32,020 bases of DNA, taken from contig JBBTTL010000005.1 of the NCBI GenBank assembly GCA_038064275.1, positions 1 to 32,020 of the forward strand, read 5' to 3'. The translations under genes were made by a program, and so were the position numbers. This DNA is from Patescibacteria group bacterium (GTDB lineage Bacteria > Patescibacteriota > Minisyncoccia > Phycocordibacterales > VMEP01). This document shows positions 31,878-32,020 of this stretch, piece after piece (position 1 is the first letter of the stretch; every line of letters starts with the position of its first letter). The notes beneath the pieces are model-generated. The model made no database searches, was not told the origin of the DNA, and was given only the letters and a program-made list of their open reading frames with translations.

Positions 31878-31886
31878 ATTATATCA
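31878..31886 (-). promoter_or_regulatory. consensus extended -10 TGaTATAAT 7 nt before the ftsK ATG; no SD
   Basis: Minus strand reads tgatataat-tataaaa-ATG. Confidence 0.5.
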
Positions 31887-31965
31887 CAACGGGCTAGAAA
31901 TTAGCTGGTAGGAAGATAGGATTTGGTAAAAATAACTCAATGTTTTCTTTCCCTCTTTTCTACCC

Positions 31966-32003
31966 ACTTAATACTTAATACTTAATACTTAATACTTAAT
32001 ACT
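31966..32003. repeat. perfect 7-bp tandem repeat (ACTTAAT) x5.4
   Basis: acttaat x5 followed by act, flanked by taccc/accc, about 95-135 nt upstream of the ftsK start. Confidence 0.9.
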
Positions 32004-32020
32004 ACCCTTTTGACTTTCCC

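Overview
Gene-dense 32-kb chromosomal segment with about 36 CDS. By eye I found no rRNA, tRNA, CRISPR array, transposase or integrase. The compact housekeeping genes and short spacers suggest a small-genome, Patescibacteria/CPR-like bacterium; this is inference only. Plus-strand backbone: cupin fragment, SDR, folD, ZIP metal transporter, DoxX, SIMPL, secE-nusG-rplK, a pyrimidine/one-carbon cluster (dcd, decayed tmk pieces, dut, glyA), ArsR-type regulator, argS, ileS, SGNH hydrolase, recO, a 638-aa membrane-anchored protein, glyQS, AI-2E permease, tatD, rpsF-ssb-rpsR. Minus strand: ftsK, small membrane protein, recA, efp. Observations worth a second look: (1) ileS carries an in-frame, apparently catalytically complete histidine-phosphatase (PGAM-like) domain, plus two related GC-rich palindromic in-frame inserts. 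(2) A G+C-rich island (about 4.96-7.36 kb) holds orphan genes with canonical -35/-10 promoters, strong Shine-Dalgarno sites and intrinsic terminators, including a 444-aa lysine-rich protein built from three internal repeats. Most backbone genes instead have a TGnTAnAAT box 6-8 nt before the ATG and no SD, which looks leaderless. (3) Three copies of a 30-36 bp palindrome bracket the ArsR-like gene and a G+C-rich, SD-led HExxH orphan gene. (4) Several short repeat families occupy the spacers: ACGAAT 8-9-mers, a hairpin-bearing ~85-100 nt element, a 17-mer, and heptamer arrays. Coordinates of small motifs were counted by hand and may be off by 1-2 nt. No database search or folding computation was possible.
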